From NCBI GenBank assembly GCA_028824415.1, contig JAPPDX010000134.1, positions 13,175-77,174 of the forward strand: a stretch of 64,000 nucleotides of DNA. The letters run 5' to 3'. Positions 23,366 to 32,362 of the stretch are shown piece after piece. The position numbers and the translations under genes are program-made. The DNA comes from a bacterium. Its GTDB lineage: Bacteria; Actinomycetota; Acidimicrobiia; Acidimicrobiales; CATQHL01. Every line of letters starts with the position of its first letter. Position 1 is the first letter of the stretch. Below the pieces are notes generated by a model, which was not told the origin of the DNA, searched no databases, and saw only the letters and a list, made by a program, of their open reading frames with translations.

Positions 23366-25330
23366 TCAGTTACTGAGCCAGACGTCCTCGAGGTCCCACC
23401 AGCCGTTGGGCACGACCCGGAATCCCTCGACGTGGTCGGCCACCGCGTGCACGGTGGGCAGGAAGAACAGCGTCACCCAGGGCGCCTCCTCCATGGCGAT
23501 CCGCTGCACCTCCGGCCAGAGTTCGGCCCGGATCACCTCGTCGGTCGTGAAGGCGGCCTCCTCGGTGAAGCGTTCGAGTTCGTCCGGGATCTCCCAGCCG
23601 GTGAAGAAGCCGGCGAGGATGTTGCTCGGATCCGTGTCGTAGAACAGCAGCGCCACCTCGTCGGGCACGACCACGTCGGAGGTGAACTTCGGCAGCGGCA
23701 CGCCCGACTCGTACTCCATCGTGAAGAAGCGGTCGCCGAACAGCGTGCCGGTGTCGACCTCCTCGATGGACAGGTTCACGCCGATCTGCGCCCAGTCCGC
23801 CTGGAGAATGGTCCCGAGCTGCTCGTGGGCCGTCGAGCCCGACGGGTAGATGTAGGCGAGGTCGAAGCCGTCGGGCATCGACGACGCCGCCATGAGCTCC
23901 TTTGCCCGCTCGATGTCGTAGAAGTACGCCGGCAGGGTGTCGTAGTCGGAGTGGTACAGCGCCTTGGGGATCATGCTGTTGGCGATCTCGCCGACGCCCC
24001 CGTACACCGCCTCGTTGATGGCCGCCTTGTTGGTGGCGTAGTTCAACGCCTGGCGCACGCCGATCTCGCCGAGCGGCGGGACGGTGTGATTCAGGAACAC
24101 GCCCTCATAGCGGACGATGTCGGCGACGTGGATGCTGAAGCCCTCGCTGAGGGCCAGGTCGGGGATCTGCGTCCACGGCACGCCCTCGACAAGGTCGGCA
24201 TCGCCGCCCTGGATGCGCAGGATGCGGGCGTTGTCGTCGGGGATGTAGTCGAACCGGATCTCGTCGAGATACGGCTTGCCCTCCTCCCAGTAGTACTCGT
24301 TGCGCTCGAGGGTGATGTGCGAGCCGGCCACCCATTCCTTCACCTTGAACGGGCCGGTGCCTAGGGGGTTCATCCAGTGGTCGTCGCCCTCGGCCAGCAC
24401 GGCGGCCTTGTTGATGATCGATGCGGGGAACACCGAGATGTTCTCGAGGAACGCACCGACCGGGCGGTCCAGGTTCACCTGCACGGTCTGGTCATCGATG
24501 ATGTCCACGCTCTCGACCCCGACGCCGAGGCTCGGGATGTTCACGCTGATCGTCGGGTCCGCGAAACGCTCCAGTGAGAACTGCACGTCCTCGGCCGTGA
24601 CCGGCTCGCCGTTGGAGAACCTGGCGTTGTCACGGATGTGGAACGTCCAGGTCATGCCGTCGGGACTGGAACTCCACTCGTCGGCGATCCCCGGGCCCAC
24701 GTTCGGGAGAGTGTCGGGGTCGGCTTCCACGAGAGTGTTGTAGATCTGCACCCGCACGAAGATGGACCCGTTGTCGGCCACCCCCGCCGGGTCGAGGTTC
24801 TGCGTCTCGAAGAACCGGGCGAAGGTGAGCGACCCACCGCGCTGCGGGCCGCCCGCAGGCGCGGCGGCCTCTGCGGCTGCCGCTTCCGCCTCGGCACGCG
24901 CCACATCGGCTTCTGCCTGCGCGGCGGCGGCCTCGGCCTGCGCGGCGGCGGCCTCCGAGAGCGCCTCGTCCGCGGCGGCTTGCGCGGCGGCGAGGGCGGC
25001 TTCGGCGGCAGCCATGGCCTCCACGTTGCCCTCGGCGGTGGCCTGTGCCAGTGCAGCAGCGGCGGCTGCTGCGTCGGCGGCGGCCAGGGCCGCCGCGGCG
25101 TCCGCCGCCGCACTCTGGACCGCTGCCCCGGTGGCCCGAGCTTCGGCCATGGCGTCCGCCGCATCCGCGGATGCGCTGCTTGCCTCCGCCATTGCGGCAT
25201 CAGCGGATGCTGCCGCCGCGTCGGCGGCCTCCGAAGTGGAGTCATCGGCCGCGCACGAGGCGGCGATGAGCATCGTCACGGCACCGAGCACGATCAACCG
25301 CCTCCAAGAGCGGCCGTGTCGCGAATTCAT
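23366..25330 (-). CDS. Peptide ABC substrate-binding lipoprotein (SBP family 5) with N-terminal Ala-rich stalk
   Basis: Lipobox IAASC; ~135 aa Ala-rich region, then RGGSLTF..NLDP, WTFHIR, GTGPFK. Confidence 0.92.
   Translation of the reverse strand: MNSRHGRSWRRLIVLGAVTMLIAASCAADDSTSEAADAAAASADAAMAEASSASADAADAMAEARATGAAVQSAAADAAAALAAADAAAAAAALAQATAEGNVEAMAAAEAALAAAQAAADEALSEAAAAQAEAAAAQAEADVARAEAEAAAAEAAAPAGGPQRGGSLTFARFFETQNLDPAGVADNGSIFVRVQIYNTLVEADPDTLPNVGPGIADEWSSSPDGMTWTFHIRDNARFSNGEPVTAEDVQFSLERFADPTISVNIPSLGVGVESVDIIDDQTVQVNLDRPVGAFLENISVFPASIINKAAVLAEGDDHWMNPLGTGPFKVKEWVAGSHITLERNEYYWEEGKPYLDEIRFDYIPDDNARILRIQGGDADLVEGVPWTQIPDLALSEGFSIHVADIVRYEGVFLNHTVPPLGEIGVRQALNYATNKAAINEAVYGGVGEIANSMIPKALYHSDYDTLPAYFYDIERAKELMAASSMPDGFDLAYIYPSGSTAHEQLGTILQADWAQIGVNLSIEEVDTGTLFGDRFFTMEYESGVPLPKFTSDVVVPDEVALLFYDTDPSNILAGFFTGWEIPDELERFTEEAAFTTDEVIRAELWPEVQRIAMEEAPWVTLFFLPTVHAVADHVEGFRVVPNGWWDLEDVWLSN
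24933..25051 (-). repeat. Left arm of 119-bp inverted repeat (stalk coding sequence)
   Basis: Reverse complement matches 25900-26018 with 6 mismatches by manual alignment; encodes LAQATAEGNVEAMAAAEAALAAAQAAADEALSEAAAAQAE. Confidence 0.9.
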
Positions 25331-25587
25331 AGTGATCTCCTTCCGCCAACGCCATAGGCGATGCGGAGGAGCGCCTCCCCCCGTCGGCGCCGGCGATCAG
25401 CACTGTAGTGCAACGCCCTTTTCACTGCTCATGGGTAACCGCCGGGCTCGCCCGGGGCGGAGGTGACCATTTCCCAGGCGGCGTGACACCGGATACTGTG
25501 CGCGGCCAATCCCCCTGATGCTGCATCGCGTGTCGGCTCCCCGGCGGCTCTCCCGGCGTCGGGTCAGATACCAGCATCGGAGGACCT

Positions 25588-27366
25588 ATGAGGTACTTGA
25601 AGAAGAGCGGTGCTCTCGCGTCACTGCTCGCACTAACGCTCTTGGCAGCGGCGTGCGCGGCCGATGACGCCGCGTCGGAGGCCGCCGACGCGGCGTCCGA
25701 CGCTGCCGACGCGGCTCTGGCGGAGGCGAGAGGTGCATCAGCCGACGCCGCCGACGCCATGGCCGAGGCCCAGGCAACCGCTGCCGCTGCCCAGAGTGCG
25801 GCGGCGGACGCCGCCACCGGGATCGCCGATGCCGCAGCCGCGGATGCGGCCGCTGCGGCGGCACTCGCCGCGGCGGAGGCGGCGCAGGCGGCAGCCGACC
25901 TGGCGCAGGCCACCGCCGAGGGCAACGTGGAGGCCATGGCCTCCGCCGAAGCCGCCCTCGCCGCCGCGCAAGCCGCCGCGGACGAGGCGCTGTCGGAGGC
26001 CGCAGCCGCCCAGGCCGAAGCTGACGAAGCACGAGATGCAGCCGCCGCGGCCCAGGCAGAGGCCGAAGCGGCTCAGGCAGAGGCCGACCAGGCGCGGGCA
26101 GAAGCCGAGGCGGCGCGCGAGGAGGCCGCAGCCGCCCAGGCCGAGGCCGCAGCCGCGGCCGGTCCGGCAGCGGGCTCTATCGAGTTGGACTTCCTCGTGT
26201 TCGAGACCCCGAACCTGCCGGCGGAGTTCTGGGACGACGCCATCGCCCGCACGGTGGCCGATTTCCCGCAGTTCAAGATCAACAAGATCGTGGCACCCGA
26301 CCTCAACATCGGCGACTTCCTCAAGCAGCTGGCAGCCACCGACCAGCTCCCCGACGTCATGATGAGCAACTTCTCCACGGCGGAGTTCATCGCCGAGGGT
26401 CTGCTCCTGCCGTTCGAGCCGGAGGACCTGGAGCGATTCATCGACCCGGTCGGCCTCGGATACACCGACGGCAAGCAGTACGCGCTGCCGATGCTGACGG
26501 TCTACGAGTCAGGCGTCTTCTACAACAAGGACATGTTCGAGGCGGCGGGCATCACCGCCGAGCCGGAGACTTGGGACGAGTTCATCAATGCGGCTCTGGC
26601 CATCGCCGCATCGGGTGAGACGCCGTTCGTCATCGGCGGCGCCGGCGCTGACGCTTGGGCCGCGGGCTGGCCGATCATGAACCTGGCCTCCCTCAACGTG
26701 ACCGGCGCGGACCCGACGTTCAACCAGAAGCTGCGCACCGGTGAGGCCAGTTTCACCGACCCGATCTTCGTGGACGCACTGCGGCCGTACGAGCAGATGG
26801 TGGCCGCAGGATGGCTGACAGGTGAGGAGCTGAACCTCGGCTACGCCGACCTGCAGCAGACGTTCCTCGACGGCGCCGCGGCGATGTACCCGATGGGCAG
26901 CTTCTTCGCCGGTGCGGTGCCGATGGACCATCCGTTCGAGATCGGCATCTTCCCGATGCCCACCCTCGACGGCACCAAGCGCCTCGCCACCTACACGTCG
27001 GGCGGACCGGCCATCTCGGCACGCACCCCCGACCCGGAGGCGGCGCGGCTGTTCTCGGTGGAGTTCGCCACGAACGTCGAGACGAACCTCGACGATCTGA
27101 TCCGCGACGCGCACATCGCCAACAACAAGCTGTTCGTGCTTCCCAGCGACGTGGAACTGCACCCGCTGATCACCGAGGTCATCGAGATCCTGGCCGATCA
27201 GTCGGCCAGGCAGGTCGCCTTCTACACCTTCGAGGTCGGCGACGACGCCCTCGTGGCGGGTATGCAGAACGAATTGTGGATCCAGGCGCAGGAGATGCTG
27301 GCCGGCAGGTCGGCGGAGGAGGCCGCACAGGCCCTCCAGGACGCCTGGAACGACCTCTCCGGCTAG
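25588..27366 (+). CDS. Carbohydrate ABC substrate-binding lipoprotein (SBP family 1) with N-terminal Ala-rich stalk
   Basis: Lipobox LAAAC; ~165 aa Ala-rich region, then LPDV, YALP, FYNKDMFEAAGI, PETWDEF. Confidence 0.92.
   Translation: MRYLKKSGALASLLALTLLAAACAADDAASEAADAASDAADAALAEARGASADAADAMAEAQATAAAAQSAAADAATGIADAAAADAAAAAALAAAEAAQAAADLAQATAEGNVEAMASAEAALAAAQAAADEALSEAAAAQAEADEARDAAAAAQAEAEAAQAEADQARAEAEAAREEAAAAQAEAAAAAGPAAGSIELDFLVFETPNLPAEFWDDAIARTVADFPQFKINKIVAPDLNIGDFLKQLAATDQLPDVMMSNFSTAEFIAEGLLLPFEPEDLERFIDPVGLGYTDGKQYALPMLTVYESGVFYNKDMFEAAGITAEPETWDEFINAALAIAASGETPFVIGGAGADAWAAGWPIMNLASLNVTGADPTFNQKLRTGEASFTDPIFVDALRPYEQMVAAGWLTGEELNLGYADLQQTFLDGAAAMYPMGSFFAGAVPMDHPFEIGIFPMPTLDGTKRLATYTSGGPAISARTPDPEAARLFSVEFATNVETNLDDLIRDAHIANNKLFVLPSDVELHPLITEVIEILADQSARQVAFYTFEVGDDALVAGMQNELWIQAQEMLAGRSAEEAAQALQDAWNDLSG
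25900..26018 (+). repeat. Right arm of 119-bp inverted repeat (stalk coding sequence)
   Basis: See left arm; same peptide, same reading frame. Confidence 0.9.
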
Positions 27367-27376
27367 ACCAACCAAC

Positions 27377-28339
27377 TTGACTTCCGCCGTCAGGGGCTCC
27401 CTCCTGCCGACGCGGAGTCGCGCCGAGCGCCCCTCCGGCCGCCGGGCCGGAGGGCGCCGCCGGCCGCCCGGCGCGGGGCGGCGCAGCTTCGGGCTGATGG
27501 CGATGGGTGCGCCCACCACGGCGCTGTTCGCAGCGCTGGTGGTCGTGCCCATCGGCGTCACCGTCCACTACAGCCTCAACGACGTGAACTTCCTGCGGGA
27601 CGAGATCTCGTGGGTGGGCTTCAGCAACTACGCCAAGCTCTGGGAGAGCGGCGATTTCCGCCACGCCCTCTACGTCACGCTGCTGATCGCCGCCGCCTCG
27701 GTGGTGGTCCCCAATGCTCTGGGGCTGCTCTTCGCGGTGCTGCTGGATGCAGGTTCGCGTCTCTACACGACGCTTCGCATCATTCTCTTCGCGCCGTTCG
27801 TGCTGAGTCCGCTGGTCGTGGGACTGACGTTCCGCTGGACGCTGGCCAACGACGGCTCACTGAACAACGCTCTCGAGGCACTCGGGATTCCGGGACCCGA
27901 GTGGATCAGCTCGCCCAATCTTGCGGTCGTGTCCGTGGGGCTGGCGCTGTCGTGGCAGCTGGTCGCCTTCGCCACCGTCCTCTACGTGGCCGCGCTGCGA
28001 GCCATCCCGACCGACCTCTACGAGGCGGCAAGCATCGACGGCGCCTCGGGATACCTGCGGTTCCGGCTCATCACCTGGCCACTCGTCGCCCCGGCTGTGA
28101 CCATCACGACCCTCATCTCCCTCATCTCCGCCCTGAAGCTCTACGACCACGTCGTGGCTCTGACGGGCGGCGGCCCGGGCCGGTCCTCGGAGACCGTTGG
28201 CTTGGCGATCATCCGCGCCGGCTTCACCCAGAACCGCGCCGGCCTGGCCTCGGCGATGGCGGTGCTCCTACTCGTCATCACGGCGGCGACGACGGCCATA
28301 TCGCTGCGGGTTCTGCGTCGCCGCGAAGTGGAGTTGTGA
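27377..28339 (+). CDS. Carbohydrate ABC permease (CUT1, MalF-like)
   Basis: WVGFSNY, EAA loop DLYEAASIDGAS, ITWPL; true start may be ATG near 27497. Confidence 0.9.
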   Translation: MTSAVRGSLLPTRSRAERPSGRRAGGRRRPPGAGRRSFGLMAMGAPTTALFAALVVVPIGVTVHYSLNDVNFLRDEISWVGFSNYAKLWESGDFRHALYVTLLIAAASVVVPNALGLLFAVLLDAGSRLYTTLRIILFAPFVLSPLVVGLTFRWTLANDGSLNNALEALGIPGPEWISSPNLAVVSVGLALSWQLVAFATVLYVAALRAIPTDLYEAASIDGASGYLRFRLITWPLVAPAVTITTLISLISALKLYDHVVALTGGGPGRSSETVGLAIIRAGFTQNRAGLASAMAVLLLVITAATTAISLRVLRRREVEL

Positions 28340-29145
28340 TGCGCCAGGCACGGGCCCTGCTGGCGATCGTCGTCTCGGCGTTCTTCCTGTTCCCCCTGTA
28401 CCTGGTGATCGCCAACGCCTTCAAGACCGACCCGGAGATCCTGCGGTCACCGGCGAGGCCGCCGATCGGACCGACGCTGGACGGCATGTCGGGGGTGCTC
28501 AGCGTCGGGGACGTGACCGGCGGACTGGTGAACTCACTGCTCATTACCGGCTCGACGATCGCCCTGATCATGGTCGTGTCATCGATGCTGGCGTTCGCCC
28601 TCCACATGTCCAACAGTTGGATCAGCAACGCCGTCGGCACCGTCATCCTCTTCGGTCTGATCCTTCCGACACCGGTAATCCTGATACCGGTGTTCCGCGT
28701 ACTGAAGTACATCGGCCTGGAGAACAGCTTCCCGGGCCTCATCCTCTTCCTTTGCGCCTACTACGCCCCGTTCGCGGTACTCGTGTACCGGGGCTTCATG
28801 CGGTCGATCCCGAAGGAACTGGCCGAAGCGGCCTCGATAGACGGCGCCTCCCTGGCATCCATCTACTGGTCGGTGATCCTGCCGCTACTGCGGCCGGCCA
28901 CGGCGAGCGTGCTGGTGATCTGCGGGGTATGGGTGTGGAACGAGTTCCTGCCCCCGCTGGTGCTGTTGGGTCCGCTGCAGGGCAACACGGTCACCGTGGG
29001 GTTGTTCCGGTCGGTCGGGCAGTTCGACGTGAACTACGGGCAACTCTTCAGCTACATGCTCTTCGTGTCGATACCGGTGCTGGTGTTCTACCTGCTGCTG
29101 CAGAGGTACTTCGTCCGCGGCCTCACCGCGGGCGCCACCAAGTGA
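28339..29145 (+). CDS. Carbohydrate ABC permease (CUT1, MalG-like)
   Basis: NAFKT, IPKELAEAASIDGAS, VWNEFL, QRYFVRGLTAGATK. Confidence 0.92.
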   Translation: MRQARALLAIVVSAFFLFPLYLVIANAFKTDPEILRSPARPPIGPTLDGMSGVLSVGDVTGGLVNSLLITGSTIALIMVVSSMLAFALHMSNSWISNAVGTVILFGLILPTPVILIPVFRVLKYIGLENSFPGLILFLCAYYAPFAVLVYRGFMRSIPKELAEAASIDGASLASIYWSVILPLLRPATASVLVICGVWVWNEFLPPLVLLGPLQGNTVTVGLFRSVGQFDVNYGQLFSYMLFVSIPVLVFYLLLQRYFVRGLTAGATK

Positions 29146-29250
29146 GCGTGGCCGTGCACAGCCCATCACGTGCTGGAGGCAGGCGGCCCCGTCGCATCGT
29201 CCAAACCCGTGAACGCCATCATCGACGACCATCATTCGGAGGCCGAGACC

Positions 29251-30117
29251 ATGTCTGAGACCGCCACCCGACTCATCGACACCCATCTCCACCAGTGGGA
29301 CCTCGACCAGTGCGACTACGCCTGGCTGGATGCCGACCTGCCACCGGCGTTCCACCAGCTCCGCCGAACGTTCCTCGTCGACGAGGCGCGGGAACACATC
29401 GAGGCCACGGGCGTGACCGAGGCGATTCTGGTGCAGGCCGAGAACAGTCTCGCCGACACCGAGGCGATGCTCGCCGTGACGGCGTCGCAGAACCGGGTGG
29501 TCGCGGTGGTCGGCTGGTTCGACATGCTCGACCCCGAGAGGGCATCCGCCGCGCTCGATGCCCTGCAGGCCTCCGGACCGGTCGTGGGGATCCGTCACCT
29601 GATCCACGACGAACCCGATCCCGACTGGGTGCTGCAACCCGCGGTCATCGAGAGCCTCCGCGAGCTGGCCCGACACGGGATGGCCTACGACTTCGTGGGC
29701 GTGCAACTGCGACACCTCGAGCACGTGCCCACGCTGGCGAGCGCGGTCGGGGATCTCCGTATCGTGATCGACCATCTCAACAAGCCGCCCATCGGCACCG
29801 CCGACTTCTCACGCTGGGTGGAGTTGATGGGAGCCGCGGCGAGCTTCTCGAACGTCTTCGCAAAGGTCTCCGGGCTGCACAACGTCACCCCACACGCCGA
29901 CTGGACTCCCGACGACCTGCGGGGCGCCTTCGATGTGGCCCTCGAGTCGTTCGGTTCGGGCCGTCTGATGTTCGGCAGCGACTGGCCCGTCTGCAACGTC
30001 GGCGGGGGCTACCGCCGCCAAGCCGAGGCCTTCGAGGCGCTCATCGGGTCGCTGGACGCCGAGGCCGCCGCGGACCTGCGCTGGCGTTCCGCCTGCCGGG
30101 CCTACGCCCTGGACTGA
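29251..30117 (+). CDS. Amidohydrolase_2, L-fuconolactonase-like
   Basis: IDTHLHQW, ILVQA, VGIRH, VIDHLNKP, KVSGL, MFGSDWPVC. Confidence 0.85.
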   Translation: MSETATRLIDTHLHQWDLDQCDYAWLDADLPPAFHQLRRTFLVDEAREHIEATGVTEAILVQAENSLADTEAMLAVTASQNRVVAVVGWFDMLDPERASAALDALQASGPVVGIRHLIHDEPDPDWVLQPAVIESLRELARHGMAYDFVGVQLRHLEHVPTLASAVGDLRIVIDHLNKPPIGTADFSRWVELMGAAASFSNVFAKVSGLHNVTPHADWTPDDLRGAFDVALESFGSGRLMFGSDWPVCNVGGGYRRQAEAFEALIGSLDAEAAADLRWRSACRAYALD

Positions 30118-30146
30118 TGGCGATTCGGACGAGAGGAGAATCCAAC

Positions 30147-31643
30147 ATGTCCGGTCCACGCGTGGCTGTCGGCGGGATCTTGACCGAGTGCAACGACTTC
30201 GGCGGCCAGCCGATCGACGTGGCCGCGTTCGCGCGCTTCGAACTCCGCTACGGCGACGACGTGTTGACCGTGGCCGGCGGCGTCATGGGCGGGATGTTGG
30301 AGGTTCTCGCCGAGCGTAAGGCAACGCCGGTGCCCCTGCTGTTCGCCTCCACCAGTCCGGGCGGCCCGCTGACGGACGAGTGCTACGAGGCGCTGCGGCG
30401 CGATCTGCTGGCAGCGCTCGAGGCGGTCGTCCCGGTGGACGCCGTCCTGCTGGCACTGCACGGCGCCGCGGTCTCCGAGACCGTGCACGACATCGAGGGG
30501 GACCTGCTGGAGCGTGCCCGCTCGCTCGTCGGTCCGGACGTCCCGATCGTCGCCACCCTGGACCTCCACGCCCACGTCACCGAGGAGATGGCCATCAACG
30601 CCGACGGGCTCGTCGCCTGGGAGACCTATCCCCACCGTGACGCCTACACCACAGGCCGGCGCGGAGCCTCGCTGCTCGTCGATGCCGCCGTCGGCGCGAC
30701 GCGCCCGACGATGGTCATGGCCAAGGTGCCGGTCCTCACGGGCGCCGTGAATGGTTCAACCGAGGGTGACGGGCCGTTCGCCGACATGATGCGCAAGGCC
30801 AAGGCGTTGGAGGAGCGCCCGCACGTGCTGTCCACCAGCATGTTCCTGGTCCATCCCTTCATCGACCGCCCCGGCATGGGCAGCGGGGGGCTCGTCATCG
30901 CCGACGGCGACCCCGCCGGTGCCCGAACGGCTGCTCTGGCCCTGGCCGAGGAGTACTGGCAGCGGCGCCACGAGTTCGAACCCGCCATGTCGAGCCCCGC
31001 CGAGGCAGTCCGGCAGGGCCTGGCGATCGACGACCAGCCGATCGTGCTGATGGAGACGGCTGACGCCTGCGGGGGCGGCGCGGCCGGCGACAGCGTGGCC
31101 TGCATCGCCGCGCTGCTGCGGCACGCGCCGGATGCGACCTCCGTCGCCCCCGTGGTGGACCCCGGGGCGGCCGCGCAGTGCCACGCCGCAGGTGTCGGCG
31201 CCGAGGTGACGCTACGGCTCGGCCACCGACTGGATCCGCGCTGGGGCGAACCGATCTCGGTGAGCGGCACCGTGGAGGCGCTGACCGACGGCAATTTCGT
31301 CTACGAGGGCGGCATCTGGGAGGGCGTGATCGGCGAGATGGGCCCGACGGCGGTCCTGCGATCCGGCGGGCTGCAGATCGTCATCGCCACCCACCCCACC
31401 TACGAGTGGACAGGCGAGCAGTACACCTCGGTGGGCGTGGACGCCGGCGCACCCAAGTTCGCCGTCGTGAAGAACCCCATGAACTATCGGATGGTCTACC
31501 CGGATGCTCCCGCGGTCATCGTCATCGACTCGCCCGGCCCGACTCCCGCTTCGGTGCGATCGCTGCCGTTCGAGCGGATGCAGCGACCCTTCTTCCCTCT
31601 CGACGACGACATCGCCGGTCTGCGCCCGACGGTCTTCTGCTGA
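30147..31643 (+). CDS. M81 family metallopeptidase (MlrC-like)
   Basis: GILTECNDF, LLALHGA, LDLHAH, TYPHRD, ADACGGGAAGD, AVVKN. Confidence 0.88.
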   Translation: MSGPRVAVGGILTECNDFGGQPIDVAAFARFELRYGDDVLTVAGGVMGGMLEVLAERKATPVPLLFASTSPGGPLTDECYEALRRDLLAALEAVVPVDAVLLALHGAAVSETVHDIEGDLLERARSLVGPDVPIVATLDLHAHVTEEMAINADGLVAWETYPHRDAYTTGRRGASLLVDAAVGATRPTMVMAKVPVLTGAVNGSTEGDGPFADMMRKAKALEERPHVLSTSMFLVHPFIDRPGMGSGGLVIADGDPAGARTAALALAEEYWQRRHEFEPAMSSPAEAVRQGLAIDDQPIVLMETADACGGGAAGDSVACIAALLRHAPDATSVAPVVDPGAAAQCHAAGVGAEVTLRLGHRLDPRWGEPISVSGTVEALTDGNFVYEGGIWEGVIGEMGPTAVLRSGGLQIVIATHPTYEWTGEQYTSVGVDAGAPKFAVVKNPMNYRMVYPDAPAVIVIDSPGPTPASVRSLPFERMQRPFFPLDDDIAGLRPTVFC

Positions 31644-31706
31644 AATCGGGATGCCCCGACCGACCTCAAGATGCCGATGCTCGGAGTCTCGGGAATGAGT
31701 TGCTCT

Positions 31707-32099
31707 TCAGGCGAGGCCTGCCGTCTCCAGCCGGCTGTGGCGGGCCAGCACGTCGAAGTCGGCGTCCGCGTGCAGCACGGGCGTGCCCGCCCGCAGAGCG
31801 ACCGCGGCGATCAGGCAGTCGATGAGCTTGCGTACCGTCTCGCCGCCGCTACGACAGGATCGGTAGAGGAGCGCGGCGTGGTCGTAGTCGTCGGGCACGG
31901 TGGGGAGTGTCATGGCCCGCGCCAGTAGCCGGCGCAGCGCCCGGAGATGCATCTCGTCGCGGGCGCCGGCCAGCACTTCCATGCGGATGGCATCGCAGAT
32001 GGCCATGTCCTCGTCGAGCAGTTCATCCACTCTGGCGCAGACGCCGCTGCCCGTGTCGCGCAGGAACTCCACCCAGGCCGACGTGTCGATGAGGATCAC
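31707..32099 (-). CDS. vapC: VapC PIN-domain toxin
   Basis: ILIDTSAWVEF, RMEVLAGA, DCLIAA, HADADF. Confidence 0.92.
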   Translation of the reverse strand: MILIDTSAWVEFLRDTGSGVCARVDELLDEDMAICDAIRMEVLAGARDEMHLRALRRLLARAMTLPTVPDDYDHAALLYRSCRSGGETVRKLIDCLIAAVALRAGTPVLHADADFDVLARHSRLETAGLA

Positions 32100-32299
32100 G
32101 GAGTGCGAGACGCTCGCAGCTCGTCGAGGTCCCCGTGCCAACCCGAGCCCCGCATGGCACGGGCCTCGTCGATATCGAGGGGCTCCGCGGCAAGTCTCCG
32201 CAACGCCAGGTTGACCGCCTCCCGCTTCGTCTCCAGCCGGTAGAGCCGCATCACGGCCAAGCAGGCTTCGTCATCGATGTCGATGTTTGTGCGGCTCAT
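32096..32299 (-). CDS. vapB: VapB antitoxin
   Basis: MSRTNIDIDDE...TKREAVNLALRRL; 4-nt overlap with vapC. Confidence 0.92.
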   Translation of the reverse strand: MSRTNIDIDDEACLAVMRLYRLETKREAVNLALRRLAAEPLDIDEARAMRGSGWHGDLDELRASRTP

Positions 32300-32320
32300 A
32301 CACCTAGCATACACCATACC
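32300..32320 (-). promoter_or_regulatory. Probable leaderless vapBC promoter with direct repeat
   Basis: TATGCT -10-like hexamer (32311-32306) 6 nt before ATG; GGTGTATG repeated with 11-nt period, second copy including the start codon. Confidence 0.5.
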
Positions 32321-32362
32321 ACCGGACGCGAAGCCTTGGCACGCGGTATGCCGGAGCGACTC

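Noticed and set aside
25422-25937. Antisense Ala-rich ORFs (25422-25937 minus, 24762-25466 plus)
   Set aside because: Shadow frames of GCC/GCG-rich stalk codons; no independent signals.
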